Below are positions 38,986-53,600 of a DNA stretch of 64,000 bases, piece after piece. The stretch spans positions 6,076,001-6,140,000 of the forward strand of contig CM022665.1 in assembly GCA_012295275.1 (NCBI GenBank), in the 5' to 3' direction. A model generated the notes under the pieces. That model ran no database searches, was not told the origin of the DNA, and worked only from the letters and a program-made list of their open reading frames with translations. Source of the DNA: Chrysomallon squamiferum. Taxonomy: Eukaryota; Animalia; Mollusca. Position numbers and translations under genes: made by a program. The stretch's first letter is position 1. Every line of letters starts with the position of its first letter.

Positions 38986-39843
38986 AGATTTAAAAGAAGA
39001 AGGAAGAAAAAAAAAGTATAGACGCTTAATTTTTTTATTACTTTGGTATGTAGAACTCATTAGTTTTTACATTAGCTATAATTATGTACTCCTTTCCTAA
39101 GAATAGCATTGAATGATTATGTTATAGTCCATAGTAATTACTAAAATGAAATTTAACTAAGTCACTCAATTAAAATATTTATCATTTTAAATTCGTTTTA
39201 ATTCCAGTTGTAATATAATTTCATATTCCATAGTTCTTTGTTAAACAGACAACTAAGTAGACTGATACCACTAAAATGTCTTACTTGTGTAATTCTGACG
39301 TTTTGTCGGATATCAAATTAATACATGAGTTGCAGAACTGTGTGTGATATTTCATTATGACATCATGGTTAGATAGTGTAAGGCAAGAGGCAATTTGTCT
39401 TTCGTAAAATAAATATGTAACAAAATTATAAATCTCATCTAGTCAATAACTGTTTAACCTGGATGCTGGGTTCTCGAATATTCTAAATGAGATGAGCTCT
39501 GTGAAAGTAGCATTACGAATCCTCAACGTCTACAAAATATAAGTAAATCTGAAACTTCTGTATTGGATTTAACCTTTTTGATGTTATCTGTTAATTGAAT
39601 CCAATTGCCTGTCATACCGAAATCGTTAAAATAACTTTTGTTGTATGTCTAAATCGCTGAAAATTGTGTGCATGTTTAGAATATTACTTGTACGGACTAA
39701 GAACTGCATATATTATTATGGTTCCAAGCCTTCTGACCGAAAACGACTTTAGCTATATAATTCTGAATCGGCTGTGTTTGCCAAAAGCGATACATTTGTC
39801 TACAGTGGTAAACAATTTTGATGGATGTGTTTTAAAATGTTCG

Positions 39844-39931
<88 letters not shown>

Positions 39932-40404
39932 TTATTTCTTTGAATCTCTAGAGGCTGCTTCCAGAAGAGAAGGCAACTCTGTGGTTGTAAGATCAAGAGT
40001 CTCAGAAAAAGACCGTAATACACTATATAATTAATCTCTACAAATATTCTTTAAACATAATTCAACATTTTTTTTTTTAAATTTCTTCAAAACAGTATCA
40101 TTTCATTATTTATTTATTATAAATTAAACGATTAACATAGAATTAACATAGAATTAACTATCATTAAAGAAAATTTACTTGTTATACGGTATTTTAAACT
40201 GGTTTTTAATTACTTGCAAACATAAAATTAAACTATTTAATACATTAATTCAGTGAAAATCTTTTGTATTTAACAGCTCGCGACCAGTAGTCGTAACCTC
40301 TTTTCGCCCCTGCTTATATGAAGGGAGGTAACTCTTTTGTTTACGCAAATCAGCTGGCTATCCCACAATACTTTGTAGTAAACAAAAACTGTCGATGTGA
40401 TGTA

Positions 40405-43080
40405 ATGGCTGCTTCCAGTTGTGAAAGCAGTCTTGCTCCCATCGACTTCCATGTATATTCGTCATGTGAAAGTTCTGCTGAGCTCCGAGTTGCGGTAGAG
40501 CGGTGCCCGCTTTGTACATCAGCTAAACGCCCGTTTTACTGTACAACATGCGTTAACGAAGGAGTATTTGAACATTCAACATCCAAATTTCCAGAGAGGT
40601 AGGTTTACTCTATTAACCGAATATTGCGCACTGTCCTACATCTTATGTTACACTATATATTTAAAATGCATATACGTAGATCGAATACAAACCATTCCAA
40701 ATTATTAATATTTCAGATACGCACAGAAAAAAGAAAAATGGGAGTTACAAGAAAAAGAAAAGTTGAAATTACAAGAAAGGTTTGTTTTTTTTTTTTCGTT
40801 TTTGTTTTTTTAGATTAAAAACAAGTAATTTGACACACTTTCTAAAAATAGCAGTGACGTTTAAACAAACGCACCCACGCATTAACGCTCTTTGTTTGAT
40901 TGATTGTGAAAACCGGAATATATTGTCTTTGTGATCAGCTAAAGTACAAACGATGGAGAAAAATTCAAATATACAATAAACCGTTAAACGTTAATTAAAA
41001 TAATAAATTTATCTAAACATTTTGTTTTCACAGTATTTATGGCAGAATACTGGAAAATACTAGATGCGTAAATCCGTAATGTCACAGTAGCCGTGTATAG
41101 GAAAGAGAATTTATTTATTTATTTTCACTTTCAACAATAAAGTTATAATAATTATTTTGCATGCATTTGTTAATTTTCACTAAGTGACTGACAAACTTAA
41201 ACTGAATTTTAGTGTCTCTGTAATCCTAGCTTACAAAGTTACTTTTGTAGAAAAATGTATTTTATTTTTAAACCTTTTTAAAATAATATAATCAGTTTAA
41301 TTTAATTTTTTAGGATTGAAAAGTCAGTTCGTTCTCTGCATAATAAAGCAAAAAAGGTAATTTTGCACACACACACACACACACACACACAAATAAAAGA
41401 CCTGGTGCAAACTTGTTCAACATTCTTATGAAATGTTTATGGCTTTATATACATAAAATATTTTGTATAACATGTTTAACATCTTTAATTCAGATAATCA
41501 GAGTGATTTGTTTGAATTTCTTTGCAAGAGAATACAGTATATAATTGTATAAATATGCATTGTAGTTTTTGTTTATATGATTATTGTTATTATAATTTTT
41601 TTTTTTTTTATATATATATATATTTTTTGTATTTACTTTATTAAAGGTTTTGTTGTTGTTACTGGTGACATATTGAACCAAAAACAAAAAGATGATTTTA
41701 TACTGTATTTTTTCAGAAATGTTGTTGTATTAACTTAAAACTGAGATGAATATAAATTATTTTATTTTAGCAAACTCAAATTGAAGAATGCAAGAAAAAA
41801 GTGGAAACCCTTAAGCAATACATAAATACTTTAAAAACATATGCTCAAGAAGGTAATTTTTTGTCCTATCTCCCAAAGTACCAAATTATCCCATTATTTG
41901 AGTTTACATATTTATACTAATGGTATTTAAAGTATAAATATTTTTGTTTTAGTGAACATTACAGTTCTATGTTATTTGTTAATTTACTACTACATCCAGT
42001 ATGAAAGTTACAATCACATTTAAAGCATTTATTTTTAATTTTCATTTAAATGAAGAGACACAGTTTCATTAATGCTTTACAAATGATATAACTTGAATAA
42101 ACTATTTTTGAAACAAATGTATATTTAATTCATTTAAAGAAAGAAAAAAATATTATTTCAGACAGAAAACATATTGAAAAAGCAAGAAAAGATAATGCCT
42201 TGAAACAACAAAGTTCAGCTCGGCATAGTGACAAAATGGCTAAAATTAAAGATGTTCATTGATAACATCACTAATACTGCTGCCAAAAGACAGGATGAAG
42301 CGTCTACAGTACAAGACAATTTGGCAGCTAAACGACGATTCCTTGTTGATGCATTGGTTCAGTACATATTCCCCATAGAAGAAATTCAACCAAGAAGGTA
42401 TGATACATATATGTATTAATTAATTACATGTGTTAATACTTGCATAGATAAATATATATATATATATATTAATTTAAAAAGTAAAATATCATTTACACAG
42501 TAATTTTAAGAACTGAAATTTTATTCATACAGTAATTTGAAAAACAGAAATTTTATTTGATTAATTTTTATGGATTAAAATTATATTTATGTAGTAATTT
42601 GATATATTAATATTTTTTATATAGTAATTTGAGGAGCCAAAATTTTATATACATATATATATATATAATTTTTGGGGTTAAATTCAGTTTAAACTGTTTG
42701 ACACCATAAGCCTGACTAGTTACTTAGCTGCTTTTCCTAATGAGAACTATTCATTTATGAAGCAAAAGGATGAAAATGGATCTGAACATGTAAATGATGC
42801 ATAATTTAATATTTATACTTCTATAAATTCATTATTCCAGTGAAACAGAGAGCATTAATCTAAGTACTGAAAGTGCCTTGCAGGAGGCCTGTCACACAAC
42901 ACTTGTGCACGGCCACTGGGTCTACACCGACACGGTTGGTGACACCGGCCACCGCATTGTTGAACACGCCACATTGCCAGGCAATGGCGATTACACTGCA
43001 TACAACATCTGGGGTAGGTGTTTAATACCGTTTATAAAATCACCATCGTACAACAATCCTGAATATATTTATTTTTCATT

Positions 43081-43122
<42 letters not shown>

Positions 43123-45109
43123 GTTTCTATTTTATGGCCCTTTTTTTAATGAATGGTCTGTAGAATGGCATGTAGCATGTTAGTATTTTAATGTCTTTTT
43201 TATTCTTTTGATTGTCATTCACTTCAAAAATAAAAGTAAGAGAACAAAGAATTACTTTTTTTTTTTTTTTTTTTTTTTTACGTTTTAAAACCTAAAATAT
43301 AAAGACAGATTAAAAGAGATGATAAATAACTGTAATATTCAACTAATGGCTTCCTTCAGCTGCAGAAAACCGTGAGAATGGTTCTGCCCCAGAACACGAG
43401 TCGGGTAAGCGTAACGCTGGTCACACTATCAGTGCAGCTCTGTGTTACACAGCTCAGCTGGTATCTGTTCTTATCTACATCCTGGATGTCAGTCCTCCCA
43501 GAAAACTATGTTACAGGTTAGTCAAACATACTGAAAAAAACCAAACAAAAAAATCTTGACGCTGATTTTCAAAGTTTAATAAAACAGACTGGTAGAAATG
43601 ATACAAGCACACATCCAAAACAGTATCTCTGGGCATCCATCTGAAGCATGTACACTTACATCTATATTTGACAGAGGGGTGGGGGAATATGTTAGTATAG
43701 GTTATGACCATCACAAAAAAAATGACAGCTTGACAGTGGTGACATATGGAAACAATCAAATATTGCACATTTTGGAAAGTTCTGCTACTCATGGTGCAGT
43801 GTTCTGTTGGGTTTAAATCTAACGCAATATCTGGACATTGTGGCACTGCAGGCACCATTGTTCTGCCAAGTTACATGGGGACAGAACTCATCTTCTAGGG
43901 ACAATTAGGGCCTCCCTCAGCTAACTATAAACATTAGAACTAATTGATGAGATTTTATTTAAGTCATTATTTCTACAAAATAAATTCAACCTAATTTGTA
44001 CGATTTTTGTTCCCCTACTATGAATGCTGAGAAGTATGTCAGTGAAAGCATTGGTACACTTGTATTGATTATGATAAGTGAATATATATTGGCACATAAA
44101 AATAATAGGTCATTTGGTGTTGGAGATAACTACTATATGAACTGTTTGAAATACTGTAATAATTCTGTTTTGCAGTGAATTCTGTCTTGATGACCTAACA
44201 GAAAAGCAGCTATCTAGCGCCGTGTCCCGCTTAAACCACAACATACTCCATCTGTGTTTCTCTCAGAATGTTAGTCCTCGACTACTACTTGCACGTCATT
44301 CTCTTCATAACATAATGGTGCTGCTTAGATCATCAAAATTAGGCCGGTGAGCCAGTTTTCTTCAATTTTCAGTTTCACATTACTTTGTTCTTTTTGTTAC
44401 TTTATCACTTCTATCAGTTTAATCAGATGTTACATAGTTTATTGTTTGGAAGACAGTTCCAGTTTTTACTATATTGAATATTATTAGTTTTTAATTGCTA
44501 TTTTGATATTTCAGAATATTAAACTGTGACACCAAATTCTGTTTAAATGACTGAAAAAATAAGAAGAAAAAGATACAAAAATCATCAGCACATTTACTGA
44601 TATCTCAACAGAATTTTATATAAATTACAAGTTGTTGGTTATTCCTTGTTTTGACTTAAAGGCAATAATGAATGCCACTTGATCCACCAATTATCAATCT
44701 GCAAACGAGTTACACTCCATTTCATGTTAGTGTAACCTCTTCAGACATTTCTACCTAATCTAGTTTTAACTTTTCTTTCAGCGTGCATGCTTTTGAAGTG
44801 AATGAAGCAATGATTCAGTCCATAACCGATGGCAGCATATCTGAAGAGAGTGATGATGAGCACGTGGTCACCGAGGACGAGTTGGATATAGGAACTGACT
44901 GGGAGCGGGTGTCCAGTGACTACCCCGAGATTAACGTACCCACTCGTAGTGGGATGGGTGCTACGTCTACTGTGTATACTGTGGCTCATTCTGTGAGGCA
45001 GGCAAACACTGAAACAACGCATTCCACTTCTGAAGGACTGATAACATCAGCTGCTGCATCAGTAGCTTCTTTCTGGAGGGCAGCTACCAGCCATTTTGAA
45101 AGAAAATAA
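40405..45109 (+). CDS. ATG14: Beclin 1-associated autophagy-related key regulator ATG14 (9 exons, about 481 aa if one frameshift is corrected)
   Basis: Exons 40405-40598, 40717-40779, 41314-41356, 41771-41852, 42162-42397, 42841-43013, 43360-43516, 44176-44346, 44782-45109. N-terminal Cys motif VERCPLC...CTTCV, coiled coil, IFPIEE, LPGNGDYTAY, TISAALCYTAQLV, LNHNILHLCFSQ, an acidic DWERV LIR-like segment, and a BATS-like amphipathic end SAAASVASFWRAAT. One extra A at 42248-42250. Confidence 0.93.
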
Positions 45110-46756
45110 TCAGTTTTACAAAGCTAACTGTGATTTTTGGTTTTTGATTATTTATTTTATATCTGCAACACTTTATGCATATGAATCTAGTTTTTTTTTC
45201 AATAAATCTAGATGAAAATGCCAAGCCTTTGTTATTTTGTTGATTTTTCTTAACAAGGTCCAACACAGTTCTCTGATTTATCCAAACGAATTTAGCTTTT
45301 CTCAATAGTCTGCCAACTGTTAAACGTTTGTCAAATACCATGGCTGTTTACACACTGATACTGAGAGATAAACATTAACGTTTCAGCTAAGTACCCAAAT
45401 GATGTTTGCTGTGTAACAATTTTATATATATTTTACAAAGTGCTGCTATAATCCATGGTCTTCATCAAAGACAAAGTACACATAATAAAGATCTGCAGCC
45501 AATAATCTATAAAGAGTAATCCATTAAGTGGAATCAGCACTTTTCATTTAGCATTGCTTAAATTTTCTGTGTATTGGGAAAAACAAATATTAAAATACAG
45601 TTTTTCAGACTGAATAAATGACTGCCAAATTTCCAAATACTTTGTCAGGGATTTTTGTCTTTGTTTCTCTCTGAAATTGTACCACATGAAACCATTATCC
45701 ATGCATTCTTCAGTTTATATTATTCTGTATTTTCACAGTAATGAATAAAACTATCTTCTGGAAACCTATTTAGAGTATTTGTTCATTTCACCATTGATAT
45801 ATTAACAAATCTGATGAATATTACTATATTTAAAAAAGTAAGTATCAGAAAAAAATAAAATATATATAATAATAAAAAAAAGTCATTTAATAGTAGTTAA
45901 TTCAAAAACAACTCAAATATTCAGGTATGTTTGAACATTTTTAATATGAACCTAAGTGATGAAATCAGAACATTTATTCCAGTTCTTGTGACAACTTTTA
46001 TTAAAAAGAAAACTGAAAACTGTTAGTGTATTAGTGACACTATAAAAATTGAAATATTACTGATTGCACATTATAAAAGTCTTAAGAAATTTTCTTGAAT
46101 ACTTTTATTATATTTTAATATTTAGCAGGAAAAAATCTGACAAACAAAAATCACCTCACCTGTGTATAATTTTTCTATGTTGTTTCACATAGCTTTTAAA
46201 TACAAATGATACCTTTTCACTATTTTTAACATAAAATAAGTTATTTTTAGGGTTTTATTTAAAAATAACTGTTTCGTTAAAAATTTATTAAACTCCTAGA
46301 AATTGTTTCCTATTTTAAAAATCACATAATTTTTTTTCTTTTAAACATTTTCAACAGTTAATACATTAAAGCACTTTTTGTGTTAAATATAATAGACGGA
46401 ATGTTTTTAAAACACTCGCTATTCAAGTATATACTCATATTTCTTTAAGGAACAGAAACATAAGTGAAGTTGTTGACTATACTGTATAACTGAAGTATCT
46501 TATTTATCTCAATTCTTATACTATATTTAGACATTAAATATAGATGAAAAATAAATATAATACATATAAAACTGTATTTATAAACTTCACAGATATCAGA
46601 ATAAAATTATATGTGGTTAACTTTAATACCCAGCTTTTAAACAGTATACACGTTTTTAATGAATACTTTTTGTTGTAGTAGTTAGAAATGATATATGTGG
46701 ATTAATTATTTGCAAGAATTTAAAACAATTCTTTCAGCAAGAAACATCCTACATTC

Positions 46757-46787
<31 letters not shown>

Positions 46788-47182
46788 GTAAAAATGTATT
46801 CTTATAAACATTTTTAAAAAAAGAAAAAGAAGAAAAAAAAAAGAATGTGGAATTATTATATATGAAATTACAAAAATAACTACCTATTTCTTTTAAAAAA
46901 ACACACAAAAACAACAACAACAAGGACAAGACAAAAAGAGAAAACAAAAAATATTTTCCATTGCTCACAGCTTTTTCATCAAAAATCAGACAACCAACTT
47001 GTTCATCTGAACATGAACATGGAGTACAAACAATTGTGACTGTAGCAACCCTGCAACATGAACATTCAGAATCAAATAAAGAATGAACATGCCAAAAAAA
47101 AAAAAAAAAAAAACCACAACACCCCAGCTAAAACATTTTAAAAGTAATGGAAAGAAGTCAAAATACAAATTACAGAGAACAA

Positions 47183-47642
47183 TTATTTTTTTGATTTCTT
47201 GGCTGGAGGTCCTGTGACATCATGACAGTCTGACAATCCCATTTGTTTCAGCTTCATCTCAAACAGCTTCGACAGGTTTCCTCCACACTTGTACTCGGGT
47301 GTTTTGCGGTTGTTGTACTGAATGCAGTTAATGAAGATCTGTCTGACGTCTTTGATGATGGCAGTGGGCTCAGAGTAAGCAAACTTGTGCATTTTATTTC
47401 TTATTGTAGAAAAATCCATTGGCTTGTTGATCACTTTGTGGTAATCAGGCACCTGAAATAAATCAGTAATTAAGTTTAAACCTTGGAATCACCAACTGTA
47501 ATCCAAAATTCACCATTTCAAAGCAATATATACAGAATTTGGAAATAATTAAGCACTGAAAAAATAAAACACGTTCTTAACAAGTCTTTCAGCAATTAAA
47601 TGTAGCATACAGTTCATAAAATCAAACAAAATTAAAAAAATA

Positions 47643-47684
<42 letters not shown>

Positions 47685-50600
47685 ATATATATATATATAT
47701 ATTTAAATCCCAAGTTTCTTGCAATTAAGTTAAATGTAGCACAAAATTTACAATTTCTAAGAAAACAAAAAACATTGTTTGACAGCCAAGTGTTTAATAA
47801 TCAAATGCAAAAAGAAAAACAGAAGATTAACTGAAAAATCTGAACAATTAAATTAATTCTTAGAAATTGCTTATAACAACGTACCAAACACTTAATATCA
47901 AACAAAATAATTTGCATTACAATTTTGGAAATGTGTGCGTGTTTAAATCATTAATGCAAATGAACTGATATACTTTGCAGTCAATTCTTCAGCAGCTACT
48001 TACATCCTTTTTGTTAACAGGTTTGAGGAAAGGCCAAGCATCATCATGCTTCATCAGTTCCTGCAGTATGTCTTCTAACATTTTTATCTTTTGTACTTCA
48101 GTGTTGCCACGGAAACTACTTACATACTTAGGAGATGAATCTTTTTCTAAAACAGAAGAAAATTCTAAATTTTATCCTACTCCTGTTTCCTGATACAAAA
48201 TTAATCTCAGTACTTCATAAATGTTCACTCTGTGTCAAGAAATAATTTAATAGTTAAATTTTTAAGAAAATACCAAATATTTCGGAAGGTAACAAAAAAA
48301 TGATACATACTTTAAGGTAAAATTGTACAAATTCTTTTTAATAAGGTAAAAACATCCTATAAACAGCACATGAAAACTCAGAAATCAGAAACCCTTTCCA
48401 GATGAAACATTCTGGATTCATTCCAAAAGATAAGCTGAAAATGACAAAGCACACGCTCAGTTTGAGCTTAACTAAAAATCTAATACTACTGATTTGACAA
48501 AAAAACCAACCATAAACAAAATCCTGAGATAATCTGGAGGTAGTTTTGGCTTTCTTGTTGCGTGAACCGTCTTCATCTGAATCTACGTGTTTTCGAGAAG
48601 ATGGTCTGGTGGGTACTGGACTGTCACGTGGACTCTCTCTACGTGAACCTGGGCGACTGGAATTTGGGGTAGATGTCTTTGAAGCTTTCCTTTTCATAGG
48701 TGCTGCAAATAAAACATTTCAAAAATGATTTGCCTACAAAAACAAACTCCCCCCACCAATCCACTGCCACAAACCCATCCTGAATCTGCATTACGTCTGT
48801 GTTCTCAGCATAGAATTTTATAAAATTATTTGGCAGTGTACACAGGCAAAATTTCGAATTTATAAATTTTGTATGTGTGTGTGTGTGTGTGTGTGTAAAG
48901 CAACATTAGTAACTCATCTGTCTGTTATTTAAAATGACTTTCTTTGTACATTTTACAGCTTTCATGTGTTAGCTATGAATTAAACGAAACTTTAAAAAAA
49001 TCCAATTATACAATGATTAAAGAAATAAAATAAAACGCAATTTCAACTCTTTCAAAATTCATTAAAACAAATTTCAAACAATCGTAATACCTTTTCCAAT
49101 TTTTATTTTGCCATGTTTGTGCAGTCCTAAACAAATATGACATTGCCACTTTCCTCGTGGAACTTTCTTGAGCTGTGGGTCAGCACAATGGAGATGATAG
49201 GAACCTGGACAGCTATCACAACACAACAACATTCCTGCTTTACCACACTTCGTACATGTGTTGTCATGGTCATCATCCTCGTCATCCTCATCATCAGATG
49301 AATCTCTAGATCTAGAAGTGGACGAGGTATTCTCTTCTGACTCACTTTCTGTGTTTGCAGATCTAAAATCAAATATAAATGTTAGAGGAAAAAAACAAAA
49401 ACAAGATGGTGATAAAATCTTAAAATCAAATAAATGTTAAAGAAAAACAACAACATGGTGATAAAATCTTAAAATCAAATATAAATGTTAAAGTAAAAAA
49501 CCCAACAACTTGGTGAGAAATTTTACTGCTAACAATGCAGATGAAATATTGCTAATAAACTAAATTATGAAATCATTCAAATAAATCACTGTATGAAGCA
49601 TTATTAAACTTAGTTTTATGTCCTCTCTGTTACCCTCTTAATAAAGATATTAACGAAATTTTAAATTTTAATAATGAAATCCACTACTGCCATGGCAATG
49701 TGTATTTTTACATGCACATCTCTAGACAACAGAGGAAATGGGAAATAGCTAAAAGGGAGGAATAAATATACAGGCCAACACTGTAAAAACGGAGCTGCAA
49801 AAAGTGAAAAAGCAAGTATTTCAATTATTCTCAGTCAAGTAAAACAGTAACATACATCTCATTATCTTCATCTTCTTCACAGGAATCTTCTTCTTCTGCA
49901 GACGACTCTTGGCTAAATGTACGGCGACGATCTTTTCTTGGGCTTCTCTTTACTTCTTTAGGTCGACAGTTTATACAAAACCAATCTCCAGATGGAATTT
50001 TCTGTTTTAACAAAGCAAACAAAAATGTAGATTATATATTATATATTCTTGTGATAAACATATATATTACAGGTTTATGATTTACATGATCTTTAGTGAT
50101 AATAATAAACTGAAAGTCTTATTTAATAATCTAATTATAAATTAGTAATATAAATTCAGATTAAAAAAACCCAACACTGACACAAATAGAGATGTTTCAA
50201 GCCTTTCTTATTATGTATTTCCCTATTTGTCATGTTTCAGGTTCTAAACATGTACAAGTGTTAAAATAAAAAATTTTTTTAAAATTTCTTACGTCAAGTT
50301 TTGGTTTTAAACAATACATATGGTGACCCTTGTCACATCCATCACAAAGCAGCATTTTCTCCGCATCACCTTTCCTGCGACAGATACAGCATCGGGCGTG
50401 TAGTGCTGACTTGGCCCAGGCCACGCTCTTCTCAAATGTAGCCAGGTGCAGAAAAACTTGTGAAAGACTTGTACATGACAAGAGAGACTCAGACCAACGA
50501 TCAAAGATTTTCTTGTGACTTTTCGTCTTCACTTCTGGTTTCTCTTCTGTAACACACAGATCAATTCAAATTGTCTAGTTAATTCCAGTAAATTACAAAA

Positions 50601-53600
50601 GACATCTTTAAACTCTGTTAATGAACTTAATCTGAAGCATGAAATATATTCTGCTGTTAACCTGAATCATAAATTATGTCCTAATTGCATTAATAACACA
50701 TGTAGCTGAAGTGACAGTCAATTTTATAAGAGTCAATTTTTTTTATTTTGTGAGTGTTTTATATGTGCGAATGTAGGCAGTTTAACAGGCTTCATGACTG
50801 ACATCTTTGGAATTTGATTTTTATTTTGTCAAATGAAAAGGCTTTTATAGAAAACAAATTAGAGAGCAACAAACCTTCTTCACTATCGTCTTCCTTAACT
50901 TTATCTTTTTCTCTCTTAGCTTTCATTTTCTTATCCTTCTCCTTAATAGCTACCAGGACAGCCTTTTGTTTAGCTTTCTTTGTAGCAGCATCCTCACCTA
51001 CATAAAGGATAATAAAATAAATGAAACCAGTTTAACACTTTCCTCATTTTCTCATATTGATTTTACTATATGTAACACATCGAAGTGACATTTATCAGAA
51101 AATCTAATTAAGCTGCTAAAATTAGCTGTTAAAACACACACTATATAGAATTTAGTTGTTAAAAATAAAAATTTAGGCCAGTATGAAAAAAATGAAGGAA
51201 ACTGCTCTTACCAAGTGGCAACAACAAAAACCTGTCATCTATGCCCTTGGCAATCTGCAGTAATGCTCTTGACAAATCTTTGACCACACCTTCAGAGGCT
51301 GCTGAACTTGAAGCACCATCTTCTTCTCTGTAAAAAAACCAGTTAACAGAAAGGTATAGACAATGAAAAACATGCTACAACATAACTAAACTGTTAAAAG
51401 CAGGAAAAGTTTAAATATCACGTTCAGTACAGTTTTGATCATTTTCTGCTTGTTAAAATTTAATATTTTCCAACTGTCTGTGCCTGTTTTTTCTGTATTT
51501 TATTTTTTCTTTAGTTTTTAATTAAAAATAAAAAAAATAAAAATAAAAAAAAAAAAAACATTAATTTTGATTAAATCTTTTTTCTCCATTAAAAGACAAT
51601 ATTATTAACTGAAAGATAATTTTGAGTAAATAATAGAACAGTGTGCTCTGCTATAAAAACATACATTCCATTTTTCTCATTTGAAAAAAGGGGATCTGTA
51701 GTCAAGGGGCTGTAACCTCCTCTCTCTATTGTCTCTCTCCACAGCAGTCGATTGTCAGTCTGCAATAAGTGACAATTACACACTAAAATAAGATTAAACT
51801 GATTATTAACACACTACACAGGTTCAGCTAAAATTATTAATATTTATCAGAATAAATTTATTTCTTGAAATTAATATATCTACAGCTAAAAAATTCTTAA
51901 TTAAATTAATGATTTTCTCGTATTTAGGTAAAAATTAAATTAAAAGGTCCGTTTTCTGAGAATGCTAGTAACAGTGCGCCTGTAATAATTCAGAGAATGA
52001 AGTGCTACCTTAACCATTCCTAGAGCTCCAGCATAAATCCTGTCTTCCAAGTCTAACAAAGTGTCCCTGAGATTGAGTTCCAGTGTCTCCTCAGCTGAAT
52101 CATTCTTCACTGTTCCCATAGCTGCCTTCTTTCCAAGAATACCTCTTGTCATTGAAAGGGCTTTCACTCGCGCCTCTTCTATAGCATCAGGTGGCAATGT
52201 CAGTTCATCAACGGGACAGTTCTTTAAAAGTTTATACAAGACTGTTTTCATTTCCATTAGATTTTGTTTCAAACTACTTTCCCTAAAACCTCGGCTATTC
52301 AAACTGTCCATGAGCTGATTAACCACATTAAAATTACTGATGAAGAACCATTTGGCACATGGTCTGTTTCGAATCTGTTTTGTAACTTCACTGTGACGTG
52401 TTAGAAATGGAGATTCCACTTCCCGTTTGGTTGCCACCGGTTCCACCATTTGGGATAATTCCTTCATTCCCTGGCTATCACTTTCTGAATCACTAATCAC
52501 TATCATGTCCTCATCTATGTTTCTCAAAGCTTCTAGCCTTGAATAAACTGGAACAATTACCGTACTGGAATTTTTTGCCTTGCCTTCGGTTATGTCAAGT
52601 GCCTGATTCTCCTTGTCGCTACTAGTACTAGTATTATTTTCATCAGCTGAATTTAAATCTGGAATGCTAGGTTCTTTTTTAACATCAGGTTCATTTTTAG
52701 TGGAACCTGGCAGTGCTGGATTAATCATCTCATCTGGGATAAACAGCTCATTGTCTTCAACAAACAGTCCAGGTAAGGAATGAAATAACCAGTATCGTCT
52801 GTACATACGATCACGACCGATTGGGTATATTGCATTATTTCTTTGATTTTCGAGAATTTTCAACATCATTTCTTGTTCTTTTTTCTCAAACACAGCTTTC
52901 TTTTTGGCGTCCTCTTCTTGTTCTTTCTTCCTACTTTCCTCTTTCTCTTCTGGAGTTAACTCATCATCCACAATTATGCTAGGACTTGGTGTGTTTCGAT
53001 CTCCATCCACTACTGATGTTTTCATTTTCTTACCATTTCCATTGGTGTTGTTTCTGAGAAAAGATTATAATAAAAGAACTTTACAACAAACTTTTAATGT
53101 AAAACACTGCTTTCAGGAGATATTTGGCAAAAAGTTATAGAATTGAAATTGGTGGAAATAAGCCCCTTATGTTACCATAAAAAACCAAAAAGAAAAGTAA
53201 TAGTTTGTTGTCGTTTTTTTTAAAATTTAAAACAGTTACCCTTTATGTGGCCATATTTAACATTATAATATTTCTGCAAATGTGCAGAAATGAATACAGC
53301 AAAAAATGGGATTCTGAGAGAATATCTTTCAATCAAAAGTTTCATTTTTCTTAAAAGATTTTTATATTAAAATTGCATTAACACTAAAATATTCAGCTAT
53401 TTAATGCAACAGTTTAAAATGTAGATCATGTGATATAAGCAGTCCATCATACAATTTATATTATGTTAATAAATCTATAATTCCACACTGAAAATAAAAG
53501 TTTACTGGTTTTCTTCAGCTTTCAATTTTTGTTCACGTTCTTGTAATTTCAGTAGTCTTCGTTCCTGTTCCCTTTGTCTTTCTTCCATTTTTCTTCTGTA

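Noticed and set aside
42241-42262. Programmed ribosomal frameshifting as the explanation for the ATG14 and DSL frame breaks
   Set aside because: No canonical slippery heptamer or evident stimulatory structure; both breaks sit in short homopolymers typical of sequencing error.
43511-43858. ORFs on both strands in ATG14 intron 7
   Set aside because: No recognisable domain or splice support; probably decayed repeat sequence.
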